Shown here: one piece after another, positions 39,425 through 48,101 of the stretch | Numbering within the stretch: position 1 is the first letter of the stretch | Layout of the letters: every line of letters starts with the position of its first letter | From: a virus | Lineage: Duplodnaviria > Caudoviricetes | DNA length: 53,410 nucleotides | Strand: one strand, 5' to 3' | IMG/VR virus record: IMGVR_UViG_3300033182_000800 | Coordinates: 1-53,410 of that record | Notes under the pieces: model-generated | The model's database searches: none | What the model was told of the DNA's origin: nothing | What the model saw: the letters and a program-made list of their open reading frames with translations, nothing else | Made by a program: the position numbers and the translations under genes

Positions 39425-39777
39425 GTGGGAGTCTTCTGTTCCCAAGCGACTCCCAAACTCGGCTATCAGTTACGCAGCGAGTGCATAATATTCTGATGCA
39501 GAAATATAATCGTTATTATTTGCGATTATGTTTAGTTGATGTTGGTCATCACCCTATTTGTTCTCACTACTACTCTCACTACCAATCGAATCCATAACGC
39601 CCCCATCATAATAACACTGCTTCCATAACCCAGATAAATCCTGCAGTTCCTATCAATATAACAACTGTAAAAAATATTAGGTCACCATCCATAAAATGCT
39701 CCAATGCTGTTATGGTGGAGGCGGCCGGAGTTGAACCGGCGTCTTGCTAGTTACCCTTATAGGTCAACGAACAAATA
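39425..39777 (-). ncRNA. ssrA: Two-piece (circularly permuted) tmRNA
   Basis: Acceptor piece with T-arm GCCGG-UUCAACU-CCGGC and CGCCUCC-ACCA (ends 39713) lies upstream of the GGGGGCG 5' end (39604); G3.U70 pair; tag ORF ANNNDYISASEYYALAA* at 39523-39470; outer ends approximate. Confidence 0.93.
39606..39692 (-). CDS. 28-aa hydrophobic peptide in the tmRNA intervening segment
   Basis: GGAG RBS, then MDGDLIFFTVVILIGTAGFIWVMEAVLL*. Confidence 0.5.
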   Translation of the reverse strand: MDGDLIFFTVVILIGTAGFIWVMEAVLL

Positions 39778-40428
39778 CTAGGAATATTTAGTAATCACTT
39801 GTTTCAAAGGTTCTATCCATCTGTCCTTTGTTTCTTTGAACAACAAAGGTTTATCATTTTCAACTGCCATGATAATTACAATATCGTTTATAGAGATTCC
39901 AGTAAGTTCTTCATAAGCATGTGCATAGAAAGCACCTTGCATGAAATACCCATGGCACATCTCCCATGTCTTTTTCTTTCTGGAAGTCTTGTAGTCTATG
40001 ACCGATAGTTTCTCATCAAACTCACCTATCAAGTCTGTTCTTCCAGCAACACCCAAGTCATCAGAATACAATGCACCCTCAACCACATGAATGTTATCTA
40101 TCCTATCCAAAAGTGGCACAATAGAATTAAACATATCTATTGCATCTGGTAAAACACCTTCTAATATTCTCTCTTGGTTCTGGATATACGACTCACAGAT
40201 ATTATGTAAGCGGGTTCCTCTACTGCTCGCCTGTCTACTAATCTTGTTGGCCTCTGCCTCGCCAACCCTTCTTCGCCATTCAATAATTGATTGTTTTGAA
40301 AGGTTACCGAGTAACGAGGTAATACTAACGTACTTATTGCCTTCAGGAGTTGCATAATATCTCTTTCCGTTGATGTTTTCAGTTTTTAAATCTTTAAGGT
40401 CATTACCCACATGATTAAAAGTTTTCAT
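39778..40428 (-). CDS. PD-(D/E)XK exonuclease
   Basis: RYYATP, WRRRVG..EA, RGTRLH, AGRTDLI...IDYKTS, YFMQ..FY. Confidence 0.88.
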   Translation of the reverse strand: MKTFNHVGNDLKDLKTENINGKRYYATPEGNKYVSITSLLGNLSKQSIIEWRRRVGEAEANKISRQASSRGTRLHNICESYIQNQERILEGVLPDAIDMFNSIVPLLDRIDNIHVVEGALYSDDLGVAGRTDLIGEFDEKLSVIDYKTSRKKKTWEMCHGYFMQGAFYAHAYEELTGISINDIVIIMAVENDKPLLFKETKDRWIEPLKQVITKYS

Positions 40429-40430
40429 AA

Positions 40431-40691
40431 TCAGTCTGGTATATTCATTGTCGCCAGAGGTTGACTCTTTTTGACATCTTTCAATTTATCTTTCATCCAA
40501 CTAGGAGTCTTCTTTAGGTGACCTGGCGATGAGATATTATCATAGGCAAAATATGGAACTCCTATAACTTGCCTTACATCGCCATCATTACACTCCATAC
40601 ACCTACCCTCTGGAACTTTTCTCTGCGATATGAGTAGGGTTTCTTCAAAAGTGTGCCCACAATTATCACACCTATAATCATAGGTTGGCAT
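40431..40691 (-). CDS. FmdB-family zinc-ribbon protein
   Basis: MPTYDYRCDNCGHTFE...CMEC. Confidence 0.85.
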   Translation of the reverse strand: MPTYDYRCDNCGHTFEETLLISQRKVPEGRCMECNDGDVRQVIGVPYFAYDNISSPGHLKKTPSWMKDKLKDVKKSQPLATMNIPD

Positions 40692-41184
40692 TTTTTACTC
40701 CTTCATGAAACCAATCGGGTTGACTGGCATGTTTCCATACAGCAAATCTACTCTTCTCATTTATGTAGTAGTTTCTGTAAGCCTTAATCACATCTTTTTC
40801 AGTTTTACAATAATCTGGCATACATTGTGGTTGTGGTGTTCGTACACCATCTGGAATATTTTTGGGAGTGAAATTGAGATACTTATTCAACTTTGTCCAA
40901 GACAAATGCACTCTATCGTATCTCTCAGTATATTCCATAGAAAGATTTTTCCATAGACGAAATAGCCACAAGTAGTTACTCCTATTTGTACGAGTCCATA
41001 TCGTACAAGGATGATTCTTGTGAGCCACTTTATACAGAGATTCAGATATTACCTTATCACCATCAAGAACACGATGGGCTGTAGATAACATCTGAGCATA
41101 TTCTATCATCATTTTACACACATGCTTATCGCAGTGTGCTACTGCAGATTCTCTGGGAGAATCATCCAATACGAATATATTCAC
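40678..41184 (-). CDS. Pyrimidine-dimer DNA glycosylase-like (DenV-related family)
   Basis: MNIFVLD...HCDKHVCKM..EYAQMLSTAH, HKNHPCTIW, PQCMP, AYRNYY. Confidence 0.8.
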   Translation of the reverse strand: MNIFVLDDSPRESAVAHCDKHVCKMMIEYAQMLSTAHRVLDGDKVISESLYKVAHKNHPCTIWTRTNRSNYLWLFRLWKNLSMEYTERYDRVHLSWTKLNKYLNFTPKNIPDGVRTPQPQCMPDYCKTEKDVIKAYRNYYINEKSRFAVWKHASQPDWFHEGVKNANL

Positions 41185-41462
41185 TTTGATCCTACATTCT
41201 TTAATACTTTCACACGATTAAGATAAGTTTCAGGTTCATCTTTATATACACGATGATCTGCAACAGTTGCCTTTACCAAGATACAATCCTTTTCGTTAAA
41301 GGACACATCACCACTATACCGATAGAACATGGCTTTCAAACCATCTCTGTTCACAAGTTTATGCACTGAATATGGTGCACCGTCATGTCCTATTTTGTCA
41401 AATCTCTGATCAAGGCGTAAAAAGAATTCTTTACGAACTCCGACATCATCAAGGTAACTCAT
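41181..41462 (-). CDS. Hypothetical protein, OB-fold-like
   Basis: VKATVADH..YKDEPETYLNRVK; coupled stop/start. Confidence 0.55.
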   Translation of the reverse strand: MSYLDDVGVRKEFFLRLDQRFDKIGHDGAPYSVHKLVNRDGLKAMFYRYSGDVSFNEKDCILVKATVADHRVYKDEPETYLNRVKVLKNVGSK

Positions 41463-41749
41463 TTAGACCTCTTCATCATTAATTCAAATTTTATGGCAGC
41501 TATCTTAGTTGCCCTACACTCCATGAGGATTGTTTCACACATCATGACTTCACCATGAAAGGCTATACACTCTGATCTCTCATCAAGACATGATTTGGGA
41601 GCAGAAATGTCCTCTGGTTTGATACAATCAATACATTCACCAGAGGTAATATCTATACGACAACCATCTGGACGAACACATATATCACCTGCACCGAAAA
41701 GACTCGTTGCAACCAGACCTGAAACCATTAGTGAAAGAAGGAATCTCAT
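41459..41749 (-). CDS. Cys-rich exported small protein
   Basis: Signal-peptide-like N-terminus and 8 Cys. Confidence 0.55.
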   Translation of the reverse strand: MRFLLSLMVSGLVATSLFGAGDICVRPDGCRIDITSGECIDCIKPEDISAPKSCLDERSECIAFHGEVMMCETILMECRATKIAAIKFELMMKRSK

Positions 41750-41937
41750 ATCATTGCCTCTACTGCTTCTTCAACGAGTCTTGACTCTTCCTTTCCGAAT
41801 CGGTATCCGTCTTCGTATTCTCTTCGCAGACTTTCTCGCAGTCTTGCAATTTCTTCTCGCAGTTCTGCATTTTCAACCCTCAGCTCTGCACACTCTTTGA
41901 CCAACTCTTCTCTTGTCGTACTCATAACAATTCTCAT
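41746..41937 (-). CDS. Small coiled-coil protein
   Basis: First ORF after the promoter at 41996. Confidence 0.55.
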   Translation of the reverse strand: MRIVMSTTREELVKECAELRVENAELREEIARLRESLRREYEDGYRFGKEESRLVEEAVEAMI

Positions 41938-41939
41938 TA

Positions 41940-41998
41940 GAGGTTACTCAATCATCATTACAAGAATATAATAACACTCCACTGTCACATTGTCAAGT
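41940..41998 (-). promoter_or_regulatory. Early promoter cassette (divergent copy)
   Basis: TTGACA-17-TATTAT, then a GATGATTGAGTAACC leader motif. Confidence 0.65.
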
Positions 41999-42567
41999 TA
42001 AAATGTGTAGATTTTGTAAAAAATATGAGTATCAATGGCAACTGTCCTCTTTTTCGGATCTGCCCATCTTGGGTCAGGAATGTAGTTTGCATGATAATGA
42101 GTTGCCCCATCTGTTACATCTATCAGACTTGGTGTTTTCATAACATACTTTGCAAGATTTACAGACTCCTGCCATATCTTTCCTTGCAAGGGTGTATCAT
42201 GTTTTCCATCACAATACCAACTAAACTGGCATCTATCTCTCATTGGAAACCCATTTGTATGATGTTTCCCTTGTTTGACAACTTTACAGATTGTATCTGG
42301 ATAATTTGGCGATCTCACTCTATTCATTGTTACTTGTGCCACAGCCAGTTTACCTGCAGTGGACTCAATTGCAGCTTCAAAATAAATGTTTTTTGCCATA
42401 CAATCAAGTTCATTAGGATCTAACAACATTTTAACTGGCTTGGGTTCAACCTCAACAATGGCTGGTTTATATATGGTTGGCACCCATTTATGATCTATGC
42501 CTCCTGTGTTTGCTGATGTCACAAATAACATAACAAAGAGGCCAAGAAAACTTATAATTCTCTTCAT
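41998..42567 (-). CDS. Cell wall hydrolase, SleB/Hydrolase_2 family
   Basis: CMAKNIYFEA, AVAQVTMNRV, YPDTICKVV, CQFSWYCDGK, GATHYHA, HIFY. Confidence 0.92.
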   Translation of the reverse strand: MKRIISFLGLFVMLFVTSANTGGIDHKWVPTIYKPAIVEVEPKPVKMLLDPNELDCMAKNIYFEAAIESTAGKLAVAQVTMNRVRSPNYPDTICKVVKQGKHHTNGFPMRDRCQFSWYCDGKHDTPLQGKIWQESVNLAKYVMKTPSLIDVTDGATHYHANYIPDPRWADPKKRTVAIDTHIFYKIYTF

Positions 42568-42600
42568 ATTCCTCTTGCGATTAAGTTGATATTATGGAAG

Positions 42601-42903
42601 CTATTTTCGGCGGGAACTTCTGGCTTGTTTATTTTCTAAAGGATCTTGAAGAAAATCCTTATAGTTGAAATCGGAGTTGAATGTCACGCCTCCCAATGTG
42701 GTGGAAAAGCGCTGATTGGTAGATGACCAATCCATAGTTAAGGAAACTCCAAACTCACGTGCAAGGACAACACTAATTTGTTTCGGCTCCATGCCAGTCA
42801 TATCTATTTGCCGTAATTCTGCTTCCTCCTTGGAAGATACACCTTCTGCGGTTATCTTCTCAAGACTTACGATTCTATCCTCTATGGTTCTAATTGATCT
42901 CAC
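42601..42903 (-). CDS. Hypothetical protein
   Basis: 100-aa ORF whose start overlaps the upstream stop. Confidence 0.55.
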   Translation of the reverse strand: MRSIRTIEDRIVSLEKITAEGVSSKEEAELRQIDMTGMEPKQISVVLAREFGVSLTMDWSSTNQRFSTTLGGVTFNSDFNYKDFLQDPLENKQARSSRRK

Positions 42904-43325
42904 GTTATTAAATTTGGAAATGTTTCTTTTACAAGGTTATACGTTAATCCTCTGCATTTGATCTTCTTATCTTTGACTTGAAGAAGAAGATCAGCTTCAG
43001 AGGGGTGAAGACTCTCTAATAATTCAATGAAAAGGTATTCTCTCCTAGCAGATTTCAAGTTAGGATTACCACCTTCAACAAAAAGATAAAGTTTCCTTAT
43101 CAGCCCATACAAGTAGGTTGGATTATCTGATTCGTCTACTACTGAATTGTATGGTGGATTTCCCGGCGGTAAAAGAAACTTTATATTTGGATCAAAGGCA
43201 TATTTGAGAATTTCCCTAAAAGCTCCATTGTTTGCATATTTGAGAAGAACTTCCTTCTTCTCATCTTTTTTACTCTTTGAGGCTATCTCTTTAAAAATAG
43301 TTGGTAATGGTACTGCCATAATCAA
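42900..43325 (-). CDS. Conserved T4-like hypothetical protein
   Basis: FDPNIKFLLPPGNPPY, RREYLFIELLESLHPSEADLL...KDKK. Confidence 0.75.
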   Translation of the reverse strand: MIMAVPLPTIFKEIASKSKKDEKKEVLLKYANNGAFREILKYAFDPNIKFLLPPGNPPYNSVVDESDNPTYLYGLIRKLYLFVEGGNPNLKSARREYLFIELLESLHPSEADLLLQVKDKKIKCRGLTYNLVKETFPNLIT

Positions 43326-44155
43326 AACTCGTCAAGATGTTCCATAAGATTCTTCAATCTCTTTTCAGTGAAGTATTCCAATAATCTACCATGTGGCGGA
43401 ACCTGTTCTCTGAACTGATTGATAATATTTATACGAATTGATTCTGGGGTTTTTTCCAAATCCACCATCATTTCATTGCGATTGAAGTTCCTTTTCATAT
43501 CCTCATTCCAATCACTGCGATCAGTCTTCCACAATTCCATCTTCTTTTTTGACACAGGCCTCTGTCGCTTACCTTCTGTGACAAGTGTATCATCAGATGA
43601 GAGTATGTTTGGCACACCATCACCAACATCACCCTTGATCAGTTTTTCCCAAAGTGATTCTTCTGGATTACCTTTCACGAAACTCTTTGTCAAAGGTGAC
43701 CACTGCTGAACCCCTTCATATTTTTGTAATTGAATAAAGTCTTTGTCACTTGATATAATCGTAGTAGGATTCTTCATTTCTTCCTGTATCAAAACAGCAA
43801 TAATATCATCTGCCTCTGCACCCTCCACTCTCATTACTTTGTATGGGAAGTATTCTTGCAAGTCTGCAATCATTTGATGTAGAAACTCAAAAAGAGAAGT
43901 CCAATCTGTTGAATCGGTTTCTCTTCTCTTCTTTCTGTTTGCCTTGTATTCTGGAAAAGACTCTTTCCGCCAGTTCTTTGGCGAGTCACAACAAATAACA
44001 AACCCGCCATGATCAACATGCCTGAATTGATGTTTGTATTGTCTAATTGAATTTAATACTGTATGTCGTAAAAGGTCTTCTTCTACAACAATACTACCCC
44101 TTCCAAGTGACATAAAGGTGCCGATCATTGTTTGACTGAAATCTAGGAGTATCAT
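43322..44155 (-). CDS. rnh: T4-type RNase H / 5'-3' exonuclease
   Basis: MILLDFSQ, WRK..FPEYKANRK, EADDIIA, SSDKDFIQLQ, KGDVGDGVPNILS. Confidence 0.93.
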   Translation of the reverse strand: MILLDFSQTMIGTFMSLGRGSIVVEEDLLRHTVLNSIRQYKHQFRHVDHGGFVICCDSPKNWRKESFPEYKANRKKRRETDSTDWTSLFEFLHQMIADLQEYFPYKVMRVEGAEADDIIAVLIQEEMKNPTTIISSDKDFIQLQKYEGVQQWSPLTKSFVKGNPEESLWEKLIKGDVGDGVPNILSSDDTLVTEGKRQRPVSKKKMELWKTDRSDWNEDMKRNFNRNEMMVDLEKTPESIRINIINQFREQVPPHGRLLEYFTEKRLKNLMEHLDEF

Positions 44156-44170
44156 AATTATTTCTTTGTG

Positions 44171-45157
44171 TTAGTGTTTCTCTGCTTCTATATTCTCCTT
44201 CAAACTGGTCAAGAACGCAGACCATTGGTTTATACGTGCCTTCCAATCGTAAAAGAGATCAAAATAGTTTTTCTGCAGATCCAATAAGGATTGAGTACCA
44301 TCTTCCCAATATGAGTTGATGGCTTTTGCCAGAATATGTGCATGAACCTGCACATGTCTGTCAGGATTAGGTTCATAACCATACATAAATGCAAAGTTTG
44401 CACAAGTCTCTGGAAGTGCACCCAGATTTGGACACACAACCAGATTTTTTGCAGACATTGCCTCTATTGCACTAATACATGCAGTCTCCATATATGTGCT
44501 TGGATATGCAAGTATATGTGATGTTTGTAGCTCCTCCCTAATTGTTTCATTCGGTACTGAACCAGAGTAATGGACTTGATCCATTTCCTCTGCCTTTCTA
44601 TACACATGCCTGAACTGCTCATCCATGTGTGGTCTATCGTATATCTTAAAACTTGAGAATATCTTGAGTTCTGCTTTGTCAACTGCCTCACTCTTCATGT
44701 TCTCTTTCATCATCTTCCATGACTCAAGCAGAATTTCAAGTCCTCTATGTGGTGTAGAGATATAAGAACAAACTATCTTATCATCTGGTTTCTCATGTTT
44801 GGGAATTGGATCTATGGCATGTTGAATGACCACACCATGATCATAAGGCACTCCAAGATACACACCATACTGATATTGTTGCCAGTGAGAAACAAAAATA
44901 ATTTTCTCAAAGTCAAGCATGTTCTTGTGTTCTTTGAGGAATTCTACTTCAGGATCTTGAGCTAGATCATGGACCCAAAACAATCTTGGTTTATCTTCTA
45001 GTGTTCTTTTTCTGGAAGCAATAAATTGAAAGTAGTCTTTTAATTCTGGATCTAGTCTGTCAAATAACCACTTTTGGATTAACTCGGTGCCTCCCATTGC
45101 CTTGGGAGTATCTTCTGGGGCAAGATCGTTTTCTGAAAAGTCTATTTTTAAGTCCAT
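44171..45157 (-). CDS. Glycosyltransferase, GT-B (GT4-like)
   Basis: GGTE, FVSHWQ, STPHRGL, YPSTYMETACISAIEAM, GALPET. Confidence 0.85.
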   Translation of the reverse strand: MDLKIDFSENDLAPEDTPKAMGGTELIQKWLFDRLDPELKDYFQFIASRKRTLEDKPRLFWVHDLAQDPEVEFLKEHKNMLDFEKIIFVSHWQQYQYGVYLGVPYDHGVVIQHAIDPIPKHEKPDDKIVCSYISTPHRGLEILLESWKMMKENMKSEAVDKAELKIFSSFKIYDRPHMDEQFRHVYRKAEEMDQVHYSGSVPNETIREELQTSHILAYPSTYMETACISAIEAMSAKNLVVCPNLGALPETCANFAFMYGYEPNPDRHVQVHAHILAKAINSYWEDGTQSLLDLQKNYFDLFYDWKARINQWSAFLTSLKENIEAEKH

Positions 45158-45174
45158 TATATCTCCATGTTGAG

Positions 45175-45298
45175 GTATCGCCCAGACAACTTCGGCTGGG
45201 CCACATCATTTTTCGGGGTATGAGTATGAACAGGTTATGACTAGCTGAAGGACAGCATAGACGGAGAGGTTGTTCACCCCGATTACCCTGAGCGATAC
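45175..45298 (-). ncRNA. Candidate structured RNA / leader of unknown family
   Basis: Nested helices GUAUCGCUCAG/CUGGGCGAUAC, UCGGGGU/ACCCCGA, GUGAACA/UGUUCAU and GCUG/CAGC, directly after a promoter. Confidence 0.55.
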
Positions 45299-45311
45299 GA
45301 GATTTACTCTT

Positions 45312-45339
45312 ATTGTATCATGAAATATTTATTTGTCAA
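45312..45339 (-). promoter_or_regulatory. Sigma70-like promoter
   Basis: TTGACA-16-TACAAT with extended -10 TG. Confidence 0.7.
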
Positions 45340-45929
45340 GTGGAGGCAGTGAACTGTTTGTCTGTCAGAGCAGCCAGTGGATTTGATTTGACTCCTTCTC
45401 TCATGTGAGCAAAATCTTCTTCATCCATGTCTCTTGACCAGACTGCCATAATGTCTTCATAGAAAACACCAACTGTTCTTTTGGGTGTGCCATCTGGATA
45501 ATATGCCATAGAGGTGCATTTTGGTATCACTCTATGTTCTTCATTTTTACCAGAATACATACCAATCCAATCACCACTCTTGAGATAATGTTCACAGATG
45601 CGAATGTATGCCTTTGTATTCTCGGCGCTGTTCAATGCAATCTGTCTATCACTTGGAGAATTCTTTGAAGACCTTGCAGACTTATTGTATGCAGAAACTT
45701 TTTCTCTTGATTCTTTAATCCATTCTTTAACATTCTTCATTGAGTATTCATCCTCTTCAGGCAGAGCCAGAACAGTCGGATGGATATTCTTATACTCAGC
45801 AGGTTTACGTTTGGCCCTCATCTCTGCCAGACGAGCACGTAACTTCTCTTTGTGTTCCTCTGAAAGTTTTCTTTTCTTCTTCAGGGGTTTCACTTTCTCA
45901 CGTTGTATTGTAATCTTTTTTCTTGCCAT
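45336..45929 (-). CDS. Conserved T4-like hypothetical protein with basic N-terminus
   Basis: KKKRKLSEEHKEKLRARL, NVKEWIK, YLKSGDW, MAYYPDGTPKR. Confidence 0.7.
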   Translation of the reverse strand: MARKKITIQREKVKPLKKKRKLSEEHKEKLRARLAEMRAKRKPAEYKNIHPTVLALPEEDEYSMKNVKEWIKESREKVSAYNKSARSSKNSPSDRQIALNSAENTKAYIRICEHYLKSGDWIGMYSGKNEEHRVIPKCTSMAYYPDGTPKRTVGVFYEDIMAVWSRDMDEEDFAHMREGVKSNPLAALTDKQFTAST

Positions 45930-45950
45930 TTGACTCTCTATCTATTAAGT

Positions 45951-46006
45951 GAAAAATAAGAACCATGGCCCCTATTCCGTTACTGAACACTGCCGAATAG
46001 GGGCCA
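45951..46006 (-). terminator. Strong hairpin with downstream U-rich tract (terminator-like)
   Basis: Perfect 12-bp stem TGGCCCCTATTC/GAATAGGGGCCA (45966-45977/45995-46006), then UCUUAUUUUUC; the 17-nt loop is atypical. Confidence 0.5.
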
Positions 46007-46117
46007 CATAACCAACTTACCTCCAAGGATCTTTCATCGGGAACTACCCACGCGTCAGGAGAGTGACTCCACTATAGCGTCTTGAAACCATTCTACCACC
46101 CACTTACCTCAGTTGGC

Positions 46118-46417
46118 TTAGGCTACTTTATACATTGTATAAGTCCAAGTTAATTCCTCACCCGCAACAACATCACGTTTCGTGCGAAGATACCAACCTG
46201 CACCATTCTCTAATGAATCCCAAAACTTTTCACAAGTAGGGTCATCAGAATGATTTCCAAAAGCACCCAAGGGAGTTCGCATCAATTCACCATTGAATTC
46301 AAAATGAATCATCCCCAAAGACATACCCTTTGGAATATCAGTTTTAGCAAACAAACCCAGACCATGAATGCCCGAGTCCTTTATTGTGACCACATCTGGT
46401 AAAGGTTTGTATGACAT
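46118..46417 (-). CDS. Minimal SET-domain protein (putative lysine methyltransferase)
   Basis: SGIHGLGLFA..DIPKG, NHSDDP, DVVAGEELTWTY. Confidence 0.88.
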   Translation of the reverse strand: MSYKPLPDVVTIKDSGIHGLGLFAKTDIPKGMSLGMIHFEFNGELMRTPLGAFGNHSDDPTCEKFWDSLENGAGWYLRTKRDVVAGEELTWTYTMYKVA

Positions 46418-47346
46418 TTTTTATCTATCCAATCTTGCCCTAACACAAGATTTAATTCTTCATATAATAAGGAACCAACTTTGATAGTCTGCCAAAAATC
46501 ATTAGTTAGTCTATCTGCATTCTTAAAAGCAGATTCAAAGAAATGTTGCACACAATATGACTCCTGCAAGATTTGGTCAATTGACGGCAACACATATCCA
46601 TATACATTAGTTATACCATCCAGTTTTGTTGGCGCATCTAAAGAATAACACTTTCCAGCAGATTTCCAAGCAGGGAAAGGTGTAGTGTCAATCGGTTTCA
46701 TCACATGCACATTATCATACCGATTGGCAATATCCTTCAGAGTCCACATTACATAATTCCAGCCTTTAGTACCCTTCGTTGGTGGTTTGGAAAGTGATGA
46801 CTCAATTTTACTGCACAGTTCTTCCACATCCTCTGTTATTGAGTTGTGTACTTTCATAGGAAAGACAGAAAGTGCTTTACCATCCCAAGAACCATCCTTG
46901 ATTCTGAAAGGTGGATGATTATCTTTGAACTGAATAGCCATGGCACCAGTAGTCTTGGCAGCCATAGTTGATGTAAAAGTATCTATCTCAGGAAACGGCC
47001 GAAGAATAATGTTGTCAATATCCATGACAACTGCTTCGTGTTCTACCGCTGACCTCAAACGTACCACATCTGATATATGAGCAATACTATGTCCTCTTTT
47101 GAGAGCAGAAAAGGCATCTTCTGCTGGAAAGTATTGATGCCCATCCTCAACAGATATTTCTGGTGGAATGGGCACAGACTCATCAAAATTTTGGTATGTG
47201 TAAAGACGTACAGTATTACCAGCCTTCACATGCGATAACAAAGTTGCCTCATGAAAAGTAGAGAGACTTATCCTTCTGTGTCGCCAGTGGTTGAAAGTCT
47301 CACTATCTTTCCTGAGATTTGAACTCCAAAACAAAGATATATTCAT
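46381..47346 (-). CDS. DxD-type glycosyltransferase-like protein
   Basis: LLSHVKAGNTVRLYTY, AHISDVVRL, MDID. Confidence 0.65.
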   Translation of the reverse strand: MNISLFWSSNLRKDSETFNHWRHRRISLSTFHEATLLSHVKAGNTVRLYTYQNFDESVPIPPEISVEDGHQYFPAEDAFSALKRGHSIAHISDVVRLRSAVEHEAVVMDIDNIILRPFPEIDTFTSTMAAKTTGAMAIQFKDNHPPFRIKDGSWDGKALSVFPMKVHNSITEDVEELCSKIESSLSKPPTKGTKGWNYVMWTLKDIANRYDNVHVMKPIDTTPFPAWKSAGKCYSLDAPTKLDGITNVYGYVLPSIDQILQESYCVQHFFESAFKNADRLTNDFWQTIKVGSLLYEELNLVLGQDWIDKKCHTNLYQMWSQ

Positions 47347-47915
47347 TACGCAACCATAGCTTCGGTAGCAATCTCACCCATACCATACCGATGCCACTTA
47401 TCAACTACGGATTCAAGTTCATCCGCATAATTATTATATTCAGCGGTATCTCTATTGTCCTCAAGTGCTAGATTTCTGTATCGTTGTACTGTCTTTCGTC
47501 CTTCACGAACAAAAGAAGTGACCAACCAAGAAAACCCATTCCAAGTAGAATTATATTCAGCATACGGACCAGTTCCCTCAACAGTTGTAGTCCAAGAAGC
47601 AACCATCCACTTACCGCCAGTCCAAAGATAACCAAACTCAAGATGACTGTTTTCCATCAGATATTCTTCAAACTCTTCCATAGAGTCGAACATCTCAGGT
47701 TCTTCATTGTGAATCGAATTCTCCAATGATTCATTGAGGTTTTCACTCAAACTTGAATAATAACCCCCGACTGAAACCGCAAGGGCTCTTTCGTCTGAAT
47801 TGTAATGTTCCAGAAGAGTCATACCCACACCAGTTTCATATCCATCATAGTGGACATAGGAACTAACGATTGAACCATCACTTCTCAAATACGCAACTAC
47901 AGAATTTGTACTCAT
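47346..47915 (-). CDS. Conserved phage early hypothetical protein
   Basis: SYVHYDGY..GVG.TLLEHY, EFGYLW; AAGGAG RBS. Confidence 0.7.
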   Translation of the reverse strand: MSTNSVVAYLRSDGSIVSSYVHYDGYETGVGMTLLEHYNSDERALAVSVGGYYSSLSENLNESLENSIHNEEPEMFDSMEEFEEYLMENSHLEFGYLWTGGKWMVASWTTTVEGTGPYAEYNSTWNGFSWLVTSFVREGRKTVQRYRNLALEDNRDTAEYNNYADELESVVDKWHRYGMGEIATEAMVA

Positions 47916-47924
47916 ATTATCTCC

Positions 47925-48026
47925 TTAAAGGGAAAAAAACAAAACAAAATTGACATAAAGGACAGCCGCACTGACTACCCACCCGCTGAAACAAAGAACA
48001 CACTCACGAATCACTTCTCTTTCCAT
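47925..48026 (-). CDS. 33-aa hydrophobic peptide
   Basis: MEREVIRECVLCFSGWVVSAAVLYVNFVLFFSL directly after the cassette RBS GGAGATT. Confidence 0.55.
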   Translation of the reverse strand: MEREVIRECVLCFSGWVVSAAVLYVNFVLFFSL

Positions 48027-48029
48027 ATC

Positions 48030-48096
48030 AATCTCCAAAAGGGTTTCTCAATCACTCAGGTAATAGTATCTCATATTGACAGGTCAGTGTCAAGTC
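48030..48096 (-). promoter_or_regulatory. Early promoter+leader+RBS cassette
   Basis: TTGACA-17-GATACT ... GAGTGATTGAGAAACCCTTTTGGAGATT. Confidence 0.8.
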
Positions 48097-48101
48097 TTTT
48101 T

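Noticed and set aside
39412-39456. N-terminal extension MGVAWEQK of the ORF-track call
   Set aside because: It overlaps the tmRNA 3' hairpin; a better RBS and ATG lie at 39411.
39713-39745. tRNA gene
   Set aside because: Only a T-arm and 3' acceptor strand are present. The matching 5' strand lies downstream with a tag ORF, which identifies a permuted tmRNA.
39778-40428. Cas4 / CRISPR-associated nuclease
   Set aside because: It lacks the Cas4 Fe-S cysteine cluster and there is no array; it fits the common T4-like PD-(D/E)XK exonuclease.
46010-46118. Hammerhead ribozyme or retron msr-msd
   Set aside because: There is no CUGANGA...GAAA core in the right arrangement, and no reverse transcriptase nearby.
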